Below the pieces are notes generated by a model. That model had not been told where the DNA came from. It did no database searches and was given only the letters and a program-made list of their open reading frames with translations. Below are positions 1-11,615 of a stretch of 58,147 nt of DNA, piece after piece. Origin of the DNA: Rhynchobatus australiae. Lineage: Eukaryota. The DNA lies in the NCBI GenBank assembly GCA_034780895.1, contig JAUZTB010000076.1, forward strand, positions 33,228,878 to 33,287,024, given 5' to 3'. Made by a program: the position numbers and the translations under genes. How positions within the stretch are numbered: position 1 is the stretch's first letter; every line of letters begins with the position of its first letter.

Positions 1-349
1 CAACTCATAATCCCAACAACCCCTCTTTAAAGGTTTGTTGCGGGTTAACAAACTGTCCCAGCATGGTGCCCTACATATCATTCTACAAGATTAGTGTAAT
101 AAAGATTTTACTTATGCATTTACCTAGTAATTATTAAGATATTACAACAACATAAAACTATGCTATCATGGTTTTCCATGACAATTTCTCAGTAGGAGAA
201 TCTCCTGTTAATCTGATTGTGCTCCTCCAAGGAGGAGATGAAAAATATGAAAACAAAAATGCACTGAATAGATTCCTATAGTTGGTAACAATTAGCTCAT
301 ATTATATAGTATAGAGTATATCAACCTTAGGCATAAAGACTGAAAATGT

Positions 350-1325
350 TTTTAATTCAGGAAATGAATATCTCAAACAAGGTTAGCATTTATTGTTTTA
401 TCTCTTACTGTCCTTGAAAGACTGGTGTAAGCTACCTTCTTGAACCATCAGATTTGATTTCCAGTCAAATAGTCTGCTTTGTCCTGGATGGTGTCAAGAT
501 TCTTCAGTGTTATTGGAATTACACCCATGAGGGCAAGTGGAGAGCATTCCATCATTCCTGATGTGCCCCACAGACAGTTGAAAGTCTTTGGGAGTCAGAA
601 GCTGACTTACACTGCAGAGGATTCCTAGTCCCTTGCCTGTACTTGTAACTACGGTGTTTATGTGGCTGGTGCAGTTGAGTTTCTGGACAATGGTGATCCC
701 AGGATGTTGAGGGAGACTTGGTGATGGTAATGCTGTTGAATGTCTGGAGAAAATTGTTAGACTTGTTGGAGGGGATCATTCCCTTGTACATATGTGACAT
801 AAATGTTACTTGCTACTTATCAGTTCCTATCCAAATGCTATCGGGTCTTGGTGCATGTAGGCAGGGATTGCTTCACTCTTTGAAGAGTTGCAANNNNNNN
901 NNNNNNNCATGCAAACAGTGAACTCTCCAAATTTGATCATGGGATGGAGGAAAAGCCATTGTTAAAACAGCTGAAGATGGTTGACACCTCCCTGAGGAAC
1001 AGCAGCAGTAGTGTTCTGTGGCTGAGATGATTGACCCTAACAACTACAACCATATATTTTCCTGGGAGGATTTCTTTTAGTTGGTAGAGAAATATCCCCA
1101 ACATTCCCATCAACTTCAATTTTTATTGTGATATCATACATAGCCGAATGAGAGTAATTCAGGCAAAAATGAAACTGAGTATTGGTAAGCATGGTATGGT
1201 GAGCTATTCAACAGCACCACCAGCAACAGGTTCCATCACTTTGCTGATGGAAGAGTGGTGGTAATTAGTCGAATTGAATTTGTCCATTTTTTTTGTGGAC
1301 AGGGCAAACTTTGGTAATTTTCCAC
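350..1325 (-). mobile_element. Decayed CR1/L2-group LINE fragment (family whose ORF2 ends WNSLP...FKK..HHHLLKGN)
   Basis: Directly similar to 31050-31130 (cagcattta..ttgcccttga..gctgccttcttgaac) and to the reverse complement of 36590-36612 (gatggaatgctctccacttg). No intact ORF. Confidence 0.75.
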
Positions 1326-1329
1326 AGTT

Positions 1330-1430
1330 CTAAGGAAAAGACATCGATCTGAAGTGTTAACTCAGTTTTTACCTCTCCACAAATGCTGCCTGACTTGCAG
1401 AAATTTCCAGAATTGTATTTTTTTTTCCAA
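1330..1430 (+). repeat. Short dispersed repeat, probable Penelope-type terminal repeat remnant
   Basis: Motif ctctccacaaatgctgcctgacttgc..tttccag is shared with copies at 3900-3960, 22810-22880 (reverse) and 29306-29372. Confidence 0.55.
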
Positions 1431-2089
1431 AATTTATAACAACTACAGTTTTTTTTTTGCTTTTCTGTTATTTTTTCACATTGTCGGTTAGATGTTGCTA
1501 TTCTTTTAGAATAGCTCAACAGAGACACAGCACGATATGGACCACAATTCTATGCTGTTAATAGTGCTGCACAGCATGGCAGTCTCTGTGTGAAAACACA
1601 ATTTTTGTCTCCACATAACTGACCATTACTGTCATGGATAGATGCAGCAGGTAGACTGACCAGGGCAGGTTAAGTAACTTCATCCTTCCCTTGGGTTCTC
1701 TTGCTTATTACTATGGACCTCATTCTTTAGTATTTGGCTGGGTCAGTCAGTGATGCTACTGCTGAAAAACATTTACCTTGTAAAACAACTGAATGGCAAT
1801 AAGGAATGGATATTAACCACTGTTGTCACTTTTATTCAAGCACAGCAAAGGAATTGCAAACCTCAGAAGGCAGAGTCTTAAAAGCACTGTGTTAATATTT
1901 CCAGCATTTTATGTTCTTATTTCAGATATATAGCATTTGCAGTTTTTATGCTTTTGATTAATTTTCCACAATGACAGGTAACAAAAAAGTTTTTTTTTTC
2001 TTTCCTGGCATTCTTTTTAAAAATTAAAATGATCTGTTGAGGTTTATTGATGAAAATTCAGGTTAAGAAGAGTAAACATTAAGGGTTGA

Positions 2090-2700
2090 AATTACTTCTT
2101 ATTTGTGGAACTGATTAGATAAACTTTGCTTTGAGGAGATTGAGAAAAGAAGAACAATGGATATTATTTACATTGATTGAAAACAGAAACACAATTCAAT
2201 AATGTACCACATAAGTGACTTTTACAAAGGGATCATGGAATTAAGATGGATTTGGGCACAACAAAAAAAGAGACATGTTTGGAAGGCAGAACGAAAATGA
2301 TGGATATGAGAAGAAGTTTCTTGCACAGGGATGCTATGATCTTCAGCAGTAGCTGCTTTGGAACCACCTTTATTTGCTTACAAACATGAATTTAGGAAGT
2401 GAAAGAACAAATTTGATATTTACTATTTATAGCAAATGAAGGGAAGGAAGAGAGGAGGATTTGTCTTTATACCAGATTGGGAAGAAGCTTGTTTAAGATT
2501 GCAGGAGCACTAGGATGGTCAGAACAAACAATTAGGCAGCTAATGCAATTCAGTGTGGAACACAGCTAATAAATAATTGTGGCGGGGCAATAAGGAAAGC
2601 AAATGTACATGTAATCCACTAGGGGAAGCAGGGGAATAATGACATACAAATACCTACCATAAAAAAGAAAAGCCGAATATTTAGTTTTGTAATTAAATGC
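2090..2700 (+). mobile_element. Very old CR1 RT fragment
   Basis: Degenerate coding remnant resembling CR1 RT NL..FFEE....(V/M)DIIY near 2120-2175; heavily eroded. Confidence 0.4.
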
Positions 2701-2706
2701 GTAATA

Positions 2707-2957
2707 CAGGTGATCCCCATGTTACCAGGGGGGAAGTTGCGTTCCTAGAAAAAGGTCTGTATTGCGATTTTCTGTAACAAAAATCTGCATTTGTATCACA
2801 AAAGGCAAGTTGAAAACTATAAATTTTCTATTTATTTTTTCTCATAAGTTCCACATGAATGAATTTTATTCTGTAATTCAAATTTTTGGGTAGTGATTTG
2901 TGAATTCTGCAAGGGTGAATTTCCATTACTTGAACACCCATAATACGGGGTTGCCTG
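2707..2957. mobile_element. Tigger/pogo-like MITE (~250 bp)
   Basis: The left end is TA|CAGGTGATCCCCATGTTAC. The reverse complement of the right end is CAGGCAACCCCGTATTAT, giving imperfect TIRs. A TA target site is present on the left only. Confidence 0.65.
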
Positions 2958-3163
2958 TTTACTAAGAGAAAGATAATTTTGAAGTTACAGAGAGTGTTAG
3001 TTGGATTTGAATTAGATGACAATATGTGGTTTTAAATACTCAATTATAAAAACAAACAAAATGGAAAAGTTGAGGTGGAAATTCACACATATGCTGGAGG
3101 GACAAGAAGTCCAACTGATGAACAGACAGAAGTAATTAAACTATTTTGTTTTATTTATCTGTT

Positions 3164-3860
3164 TAAGTGGCCCCTTGGGATTGAAATTGAGTTTCTTCCA
3201 CTCCATTTCTGTGGATTTTGAGGTGACGGATGAGTCCAATGTTGGACCTGCAGACTCTGTCACAGTTGGGGCAAGAGGTGATTGGCAGCGTGCATGGGTG
3301 AGTGGGTAATTTGGTAGACTTTGGTAGTGGTTTTACTGGGGTTCTGTGTGCTCCCAACGAACTGACTTCTCAATGCTATTCCAAATGCTCTTTCTCCATT
3401 TTAAGCAACTCAGGGCCAGAGATTCCCCTCAGTTGATGAGGACCTTTCAAGAGTTCAATATTAATCTTTGATTTGCTTCATTTGTCCACCTAGGGTCTGT
3501 TTCAGGAATTTGGTACTGGGCATGTGAATGATGTGGCCTGACAATGAGATCTGAATGAATATAATTAGGATCTCAACGTTGCAGGTGTTGACTTGGAGAA
3601 TCTTGCAGAGACAACTTTGGTGGCATCTCTCCAGTGCTGCGAGGTGCCTGCTGTGATTCGTCTTGGTCTTCAAAGGTAGGAATCACTGCTGCCCAGCATA
3701 AAATGAACTTTGTGCTGGGTTGAAGGTCTTGATCTTCAAACATTCCTTTCATTAGATGACCAAAGGCTGTGCCGGTGCACTGAATGGTGAATGTTATCAT
3801 TGATGTCCGCTTTCATTGAGAGTTGGCTCCTGAGATATGGGAAATGGAGCAGGTTCATTA
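3164..3860 (-). mobile_element. RTE-clade LINE, 3' part of ORF (decayed)
   Basis: Frameshifted peptides HFPYLRSQLS, AFGHL...FEDQDLQPSTK...AAVIPT and LERCHQSCLCKILQV, plus the C-terminal CPNCDRVCRSNIGLIRHLKIH zinc motif typical of RTE elements. Confidence 0.85.
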
Positions 3861-3870
3861 TCAAGAACGC

Positions 3871-3962
3871 AGTGAAGGGTTCTGACCCGAAGCATTGACC
3901 GTCTACTCTTCTCCACCAATGTGGCCTGGCCTATTGAGTTCATCCAGCATCTTGTTTTTTTT
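3871..3962 (+). repeat. Penelope-type terminal repeat remnant with degenerate hammerhead core
   Basis: TGA A GGGT-TCTG-ACCC GAAG C, followed by the shared tail ctccaccaatgtggcctggcctattgagttcatccagcat. Confidence 0.55.
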
Positions 3963-3964
3963 AA

Positions 3965-4215
3965 ATCAGGACTGAGTAATTATTTTACTCAGAGCATAGT
4001 AAATATTTGGAATTCTTCACCCAGGGTAGTTGTGGAGTTTCAGTCACTGAGTGTACTTAAGACCAAGATTGATAGATTTTGGAATATTAAAGGAATCAAA
4101 GCATATGGGTTTGGCACAACAAAGCATTGCTAAGGTAAAATATTCACCACAATAGATTTGAATGGTAGAACAGGTGTGAGTACAATGGCTTACTACTGCT
4201 TCTTTTTCTCATCTT
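3965..4215 (+). mobile_element. CR1 LINE 3' end
   Basis: NYFTQSIVNIWNSSPRVVVEFQSLSVLKTKIDRF matches the CR1 ORF2 C-terminus (FTQRVV.LWNSLP..VVEA.SL..FK..ID.F) and is followed by the 3' UTR. Confidence 0.85.
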
Positions 4216-7200
4216 ACTGTTTAACATTGTCAGCTACCTGTACATACATCTCATGTCTCCAACAATGTGGAATGTGCCTTTACTTGCCCAATATCTTATC
4301 AAATGATAGGCAAGGTCACAACAAGGCATTTAGCTACCTTGGACTTAAAGCAAACCTCTGTTAAATCCAATACTTTTAAAAGAATCTTGAAAACCCCATT
4401 CTGACTAATAATGCCTAGAAATCTCTTGGTCAAAAAAAATCCCCACATTTCCGAAATGCCTCAAGACAGATGTATGTTATAGGAGCCATGAACATAACTT
4501 GGTATTTTTGCAGTGAGTTAGTAGGTCAGCACAATCCCTCTGTTAGCTTCAGACAACAGACTGAGCTGAACTTACCCAGATGTGTCATTATATTTCCTTT
4601 GAAGCCTATTCGTACAAGCTCTTTTCAAAAACTAAAATTTCCTTAATTAAATTAAGTGATTAACCATTCCCTGACAACTGCAAGGATACTTAGAGAGTAA
4701 CTCTTGCCCAACCAACCAAGAAATGCTCTATAAATAGGTGCAGTCCAATTGGTATTAGCATATTAAATCCACTTGCATTTTAACAAGATTTGCATGCTTC
4801 TGCATCTCAAAGTCACAAGCCACTGAAATAATTAACCTCAAGTATACTGTCCTTAGACATAAAGAATTCAAATCAATAATTTCATCTAAGAAACACATTT
4901 TGATTCACAATGGCTTTAGATTAGGAAGTCATATGGGGGGGGGAACATTGGCTAGGAATTGGATTCATTTGCACAACTTTATATACATTTTGCATAGTAA
5001 ACCAGTTTTGTACATGTTTGATTACTTTTATGAATCAATTAACAACCATTGGAATATTGACCCAACTTTCAATTGACCCCACCTCCTGGTACATTTCAGT
5101 TTTGCAAGCCTGATGATTGCCAGCATAAGATGCGCATCTGATGATGTCATACAGTGCGCAGCGGCAGTTTATCCACTTACTGAAAGAAATTGACTGTAAA
5201 AGGTGACCTATAATCTGCATTTATAAGTCACAGTAAAGCAAGGAGCAAGTTCTGCAGCAAGTTGGCAAAGAGATGCGAATTGAAAGATCCCCACTGGGAT
5301 ACTGCTTTGCCCACAGCCTCTGTCAGGCTCATTCATCTGTGTCTACTTTTATCCACAAGCTTTACTGACAGTGACTGCAGTATCTCTGTAGCCTGTACCC
5401 TTAGTGCACAATGCTGCAACCACTGGCCACCTGATGAGCCCGTTTTCCACAGTGGCTTGGGCTGTGCCGCAGTGCCACAGATCTGCTGCGGCAGACCAGT
5501 GCATGAAGAATATCCAGACCTACAGAGAGACACGTCTACTCCTCGCCCCTCATTTTCCCTCTTAATTACAGTTTTTTTTGCTGCTTTTTCCTTGTGGCTG
5601 CCGTGGAGAGTGTTCTTTAAGATTTGTATCACTTATCAGCTGTCAGCGTAGCAATAGTATGGCGCCTGCCAGCTCTGGAGACTGTGGCCATTGGGAGGTG
5701 TGGGGATAAGGTTTTACTTCATGATTCAGGGTGAAAACTAGATTCTCACCAATTCCTCAAGTATTTTTTGTTGCACCTCACCTGATGGGGTACAAGCACT
5801 ACAAACAGTGTCCATTTCGCACACCAGAAATGCCTGAACAATTCCTAGGCAATTACCTGATATTTGATATACCAAATGACACACTTCTGACCTACAATAT
5901 TCAACAATTTTATAAATTGTCGAACTGGTCATGATACTAACACGATTTCTAATATTGGTTAATGCATTGGAAATGAACTTTCAATGAATAGACTAACACT
6001 GAGGTAATTCCAAGGCTGGTGGTGATATGATACAATGCTAACCTTCTGCTGCAGTACAGCGTGGGAGGGAAGGAAGTTTGACATTTGTTCAGTTGCTTAT
6101 TAAGTGTGCTGATTGAGGTAACATTGAAACAGAAACAGATATGACATCTCCATGCAGCTGAGTGGAGCTGTGCCAAAGTCGACATTTGAAGATGAAAATG
6201 CCATTTATCCTCTCATCAGCAAATATATGGAACAATTGGGTCAGTTTTGAGAAAAAGTATTAAAAATCTGACTGAATTTGATTTTAAAAAAAGTCAATGC
6301 ATCAACAANNNNNNNNNNNNNNNNNNNNNNNNNNNNNNNNNNNNNNNNNNNNNNNNNNNNNNNNNNNNNNNNNNNNNNNNNNNNNNNNNNNNNNNNNNNN
6401 NNNNNNNNTTTAAAAAAAGTCAATGCATCAACAACATATACATACCAATAACTTCTGCAAAATCAAAGAAACTTTTGTCACTTTTGAACAGAATATATAT
6501 TGGATTAACAAACTGTTTGAACATATACTGGATTAATTCTAATGCTTCCTGCATTTTATCTCCTCTCTCCTAACTGGGGTCTAAAAAGTATGGATCACTG
6601 AACTGTAAACTAACTTAATTGCACCTTGCATCTGATCTCCTGCTCCACTGCTGGAATTGCCAATGAATCCAGCAGTGCTACCGTGCTATGCTGGACAACG
6701 GGTCCAGATATCGTTTGCATCCAACCCCTTAAAGCCAAGTTTGTATGTCGTTAGAATCATGACCCCATTCATCTGAATGGTGATGCCGACCTTCTATGTA
6801 AAAAAAAATTAAGTATATATCAAGGGTTCACTTATTTGATTTTTTCAGGACTTGCTGAGCATCAAGTGGTAGATAGTTGCTATTTCCCTAATGGAATTGC
6901 TGGCTAGGGGTGAACATAATCTCATCCATTAGTCTGTAATTTAGTGAATGCATACTTCCTAGCCCCCAGTGCAGAGCAGAGAAGGGGAGAGAAGAAGCAA
7001 TGAGCATTAGAATCTGTCTAATATATATTTAGTTGGTCAGCCATTCTAATATACATATGGTGCAAAAACAAAATGGTGGTTTTTGATTAAAGTTATTACT
7101 GTGTTAATATTGTTGACTTATTTATTTTTTGATACCTGATAGCATTTTAAGGTGTTTAAAGTTAAATTTAATTTTAATTCTTTGAAACTGTTTGAAGAAA

Positions 7201-8029
7201 AAGATATCTCTATCTAGGGAATCATGAAGCTGCTCCAAAAGGCAACTGTCAAATGCCGTCAGGGTATTTTAAGAGCAGGTCCTTAGGATTTGCCCCAAAA
7301 GGTCTGCTTGCAGCATAGAGCCTATGTCACCATGCAGTTGGTCCTCTATGTCTGAAAAAAGATCATCTGGGTGAGCACCAGCAGTAGTAATTTCAGGCAG
7401 TGCATCAGATTGTCCAGGATCGGACCCTTTGTTATTGCTGCTTTTGGTAGTAATGCTCAGGAATAAATTAAATTGCCCTTGTTACAGCTTCCATCCTGAA
7501 CACCTTTTCTGTGGAAGTATACCGAAGCAAGCTGTGTTACTTGAATGATATTCTAAGTTGTGCGATTCAAATTATACAGCATGGCTAAAAAATTTCCAAA
7601 TGATGGGCTACATAAAGATTATTAGCAAAGTGCTGACCCCAGCCAAGACAAACGATTCCTTGATTTTCATCATCAAGAAGGAGAGACTGAAAAAGCATGG
7701 TCACAGGCAACATTGTTCTTTTTACAGTGCTGTGTTGACATGATGCAAACTCATTCCAAGATTTTCCTGAAACTATTTAAAATATGGAAAAGTTTGTAAC
7801 TGAACACAAGTCAACATTTTTTTAGATTAATTACTTCCCGATTGAATCAAAATGCATAAAATGTTATTGGAACCAGAGAAATGTGTTAAAAATCAGTCTG
7901 CGGAAAAATCTAGTTTCCCTTTCTGAAATGTTCAACTTCTAAGCTCTATAAGCTTAAAAAGGTCACTTCTGACACTCTTTTGTTACCTTGCTTTGAGTTT
8001 TTGAGCAAACTTGTCAGCCATCCAAAAAC

Positions 8030-8220
8030 AAACATGGGCCAGATCAAGGTGGATCTGGCCTGCTATCTGGACTCACTGGCCATAGGGCAGCCTGCTCAGA
8101 ATTACTTGTTCCAGTTGTGAAGGGTCTAAATAATCTGACTCTCTGCACCCAAGAGGAGCTCATAGGGTTGAGAAAGTTCTGAGAGGCCAGCAGCCTATGG
8201 TCCCCACACCATAGCCTCAT
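8030..8220. mobile_element. Possible decayed hAT (Charlie-like) MITE
   Basis: Internal hairpin GGCCAGATC-N6-GATCTGGCC and a tggtccccacacc end motif; termini not resolved. Confidence 0.3.
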
Positions 8221-11219
8221 AATATCTTGAAGGAAACATTTAAATACAATTCAAATAGATATAAAAATAACAATTTTTTTTAAATAATTAAAAGCACAGT
8301 GAAATGTCAAAGAGAAATTAAACACATTGAAGTAAAGTAAGTGAACTAGTTGCCTACACTTGCCTTTTTCTACAGATAGTGATGCCATCCATATGAATGG
8401 GATTGCAGACTCTACACCAGCCAGGCCTGGCATAAAGCTAAAGAGTTTCTGGATTCTGTCNNNNNNNNNNNNNNNNNNNNNNNNNNNNNNNNNNNNNNNN
8501 NNNNNNNNNNNNNNNNNNNNNNNNNNNNNNNNNNNNNNNNNNNNNNNNNNNNNNNNNNNNTAGGCAGAGTAAAGGAACCAGTAAACAACGGGTGGTGTTT
8601 TCCTGCGACTGTCCCTGTGAACTGCTCAGTTACCTGGCGTTCTGATGCTTCCCCCACACAGAGTGGCAACTCCCCCACCCCAGGCACTGTCCTTGTCAGA
8701 AAGGTGATCTCAACATCAATGGTTCTATTCAATGTCAATTTGGATTCAGCTGTTTATGAGAATACTTATGCATTAACTGAGAGATGTTCTTTTTTCACCA
8801 TCTCTATTAAATAATTTGGCCTTGTGAAAACAGCCATGGAAACAGATACTTCACTGTAAGAATTCAAAGAATATGCTTGTCCAAGCACTCAGCTGATAAA
8901 TTCACAATGCGTTGTGGGCCTGAGACATCCAAATCAAGAAATATTTGGGTTTAACCCTGGGTTGTCCCAAGTTTGTGAAATGCTGCAATGCAGATCTGCT
9001 TCCAGACAACTACTCAGCAATATTAAAATCAACACTGCTTACCACTCTTTCTGATTCCTTTCTGAACTGAGCAAGTACAGATGGAGATCATGTATTCCAA
9101 ACTAAACCACCAGAGTACAAAATATATTTATACTCTTTCATAAAACTAAGCTCTTTCTGATTCTACAAGCAGCTGTGAAAAAATTGAAATGCTCGATTAG
9201 TGGACTGTACACATTGGAAAACACAAGTTATCATTTGGTGGTAATTCTGTTCATTTTATTTTTGAGGCAGGTTTTTTTTAAAGACTTGGTGAAATGTCAG
9301 TGGAGGGAAATGAGATATTTTCCATCTGTGTCACTGTCTCTCCAAGAAAACGATGGATGCATGGTAAACTGGCCATACTTTGCCACACTAATCTGATTAA
9401 CCCTAATGACAGAAGGGAATCTCTATGGCAGCAATCCGACTTTTAATTTTCTCTTTCTACCGTTACGATGCTCTGTAAAAAGTATCTCTTTAATTAAACA
9501 TTTGGTTATCTGTCTTAATGTGTCTTTATTGCTCAGTGTCAAACTTTGTTTGAAAACACTCTTAAGCCTTGGAGCGTTCTACCTACATAAACTCTGTGGT
9601 TCTTCATTTTTTGACGCAGCCAAATCATTGCCAATTCAATGATAATCTGAGTGCCTGAGCTCAATGAGAGCTCAGTTGAGATCACCAATGACTTCATGTA
9701 ATACACTCACAGTCACTGAGGGTTAAAGGAGGTTGCTTTAATTCTTTGTGCCACACGGTGTACTTTCAAATATTAATTTATAAGCAACCAGTTTTATTTT
9801 TAAAATTTGCCTCTATACTTTTAGAGATGTATTCCAATAAAGAACACACCTTCACTACAAGGTGCAGAGACTGCAGAAATGCAGTAACATCAGCTAGGCT
9901 GTGTGTGGTAAAGGGAAAGGAAATGTAAGGGTGGGATTAAAATTAATAATACTTCATCTGGCAGGTCAATGGTTCAGCATTTCCCTCTCATGAGACCAGC
10001 TCCTACTCATGTGCATTCAGCAATCGAAAACACAATGGTATCATTGCTTCTGGCAACTAGGAAGTTATGTTGTCAAGACCAGTTCTTTTCTGTCAAATGC
10101 AGCTTGAAACCAATCAACAGCTGTCTCTTCTAAGTCACAAAAGATTCTCCTACCAAACATTATCACCCATAGATAATCATTCCCAACCTCCCTCCCCTGC
10201 AAGTGTCCTATCCTTGCAACACCACCACAAACCAATTATGGAATGGTGTTTGGATTTGTAGCATCCAAGAAGTTATTTTTGTTCCAGGGATTTTCACGAT
10301 CACACGTCTGAAAGAAAAATGAAACAAATCTTGTGCTATTCTGAGTATTGAACCATCTCAAACCTCGGTCAGCTGGAACTTTCAAATCACTCTAGCAAAA
10401 AAAAACAAGCATCAGCCTCCAAAGGCAAGATCTAATAAAACTGTGTCACCAACAACTCCAAGAGTTGGACAGTTGGTATTAAAAACAAAGTCAAGTCAAT
10501 GAGCACAATTTTACTTGTAAATCAAAGGAAATATAAATATTTTACAATTCAAGAATGTAGCAGAATCCAGAAAGTTGGCAAGTGCTGGTGATAACCTATT
10601 CGGAGATTAAAATGCTTAGGGAGTACTTAGGACCTGTCATTTATTATGACAGTTACAGAACTAATTGATTAGGAGGCTATGACTAATGATCCATACATAA
10701 AGATTTGCTTTTAGGTCCAGATGAATAACTACATTTATATACCCTGACATCTAAACATATGCAAACTCCAATCTAGATTTTTCTTTAAAGACAGGATTTA
10801 AATAAAAAAGTTGTTTGTATTAGATTTCTTTTCTTTCAAATGTCACATCCTATATCTCGTTGCACATTAACCATGAAATAGCTTTAGATGTTGGCAAAGT
10901 GGGCTAAGTCCTAAATGAATCTGATACTTGATTTAAAAATCAGTTTGAAACACAAATATACTAAATTAATTCACATTACACAATGACTGTGGGAACTTCA
11001 GCATAGTAGAATGGAATGCTCAAACTGGAAGACCATTCATAAAAATTGCCAAACAATCATGTTTTCAAGAAAATTTGAACACAAGATTCTTCCTATCTCC
11101 AAACATAATATAAAACTGGTGTTTCCATAGCATCATATATAACTACATAAAAATATATATATATTTATGTATATGTATGTATGCATGTATAAACATACTA
11201 CTGCTTCTCATATCATGGA

Positions 11220-11615
11220 AAATGTTACAAAGCAGTTCAGGCTAAAAAGTACTTCTGAATTTTAATAATGGCAGCCACATACAGCAACACAGCAGCCAAC
11301 CTGTACACAACAAGAACCCACAGGTAACAATGATTGGATCATTGCATTTTTGCAGTAGCGCTTCAGGAAAAGTGTTGGTTAAAATGCCATAAGAGCACTC
11401 CAGCTTGTCAACTAGTGCAATGGGATGTTTTTACATCCAGCTGGAAAGCAGATGGGGCTTTAGTTTAACTTCTCCTCTGAAAGACAAGTAGCTACAGGAA
11501 TGGAGTCCGCTCTCAAGACTCAGTGAAGTGTCATATTATGTGCTCGTGTCCTGGAATAGGACATGAACACACAACCTTCTGACTTGGAGGAAAAAGTGCA
11601 AACACCATGCAGAGT
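11220..11615 (-). mobile_element. Deu-domain SINE (SacSINE1/AmnSINE1-like), near full length, decayed
   Basis: Segments gcagccaacctgtacacaacaagaacccaca, agtgcaatgggatgtttttacatccagctg..gcagatggggcttta gtttaac..tctgaaagac and tgaacacacaaccttctgact match the reverse complement of the Deu-SINE body and tRNA-derived head as I recall them. Confidence 0.75.

Noticed and set aside
5262-5651. 129-aa and antisense 99-aa ORFs
   Set aside because: Non-ATG starts, no recognisable domain and no convincing splice signals; the lengths are compatible with chance.
6281-6435. Direct repeats flanking 100-N gaps (also 30001-30160 and 47951-48074)
   Set aside because: Identical sequence on both sides of fixed-length gaps indicates unmerged contig overlaps, i.e. 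an assembly artefact.
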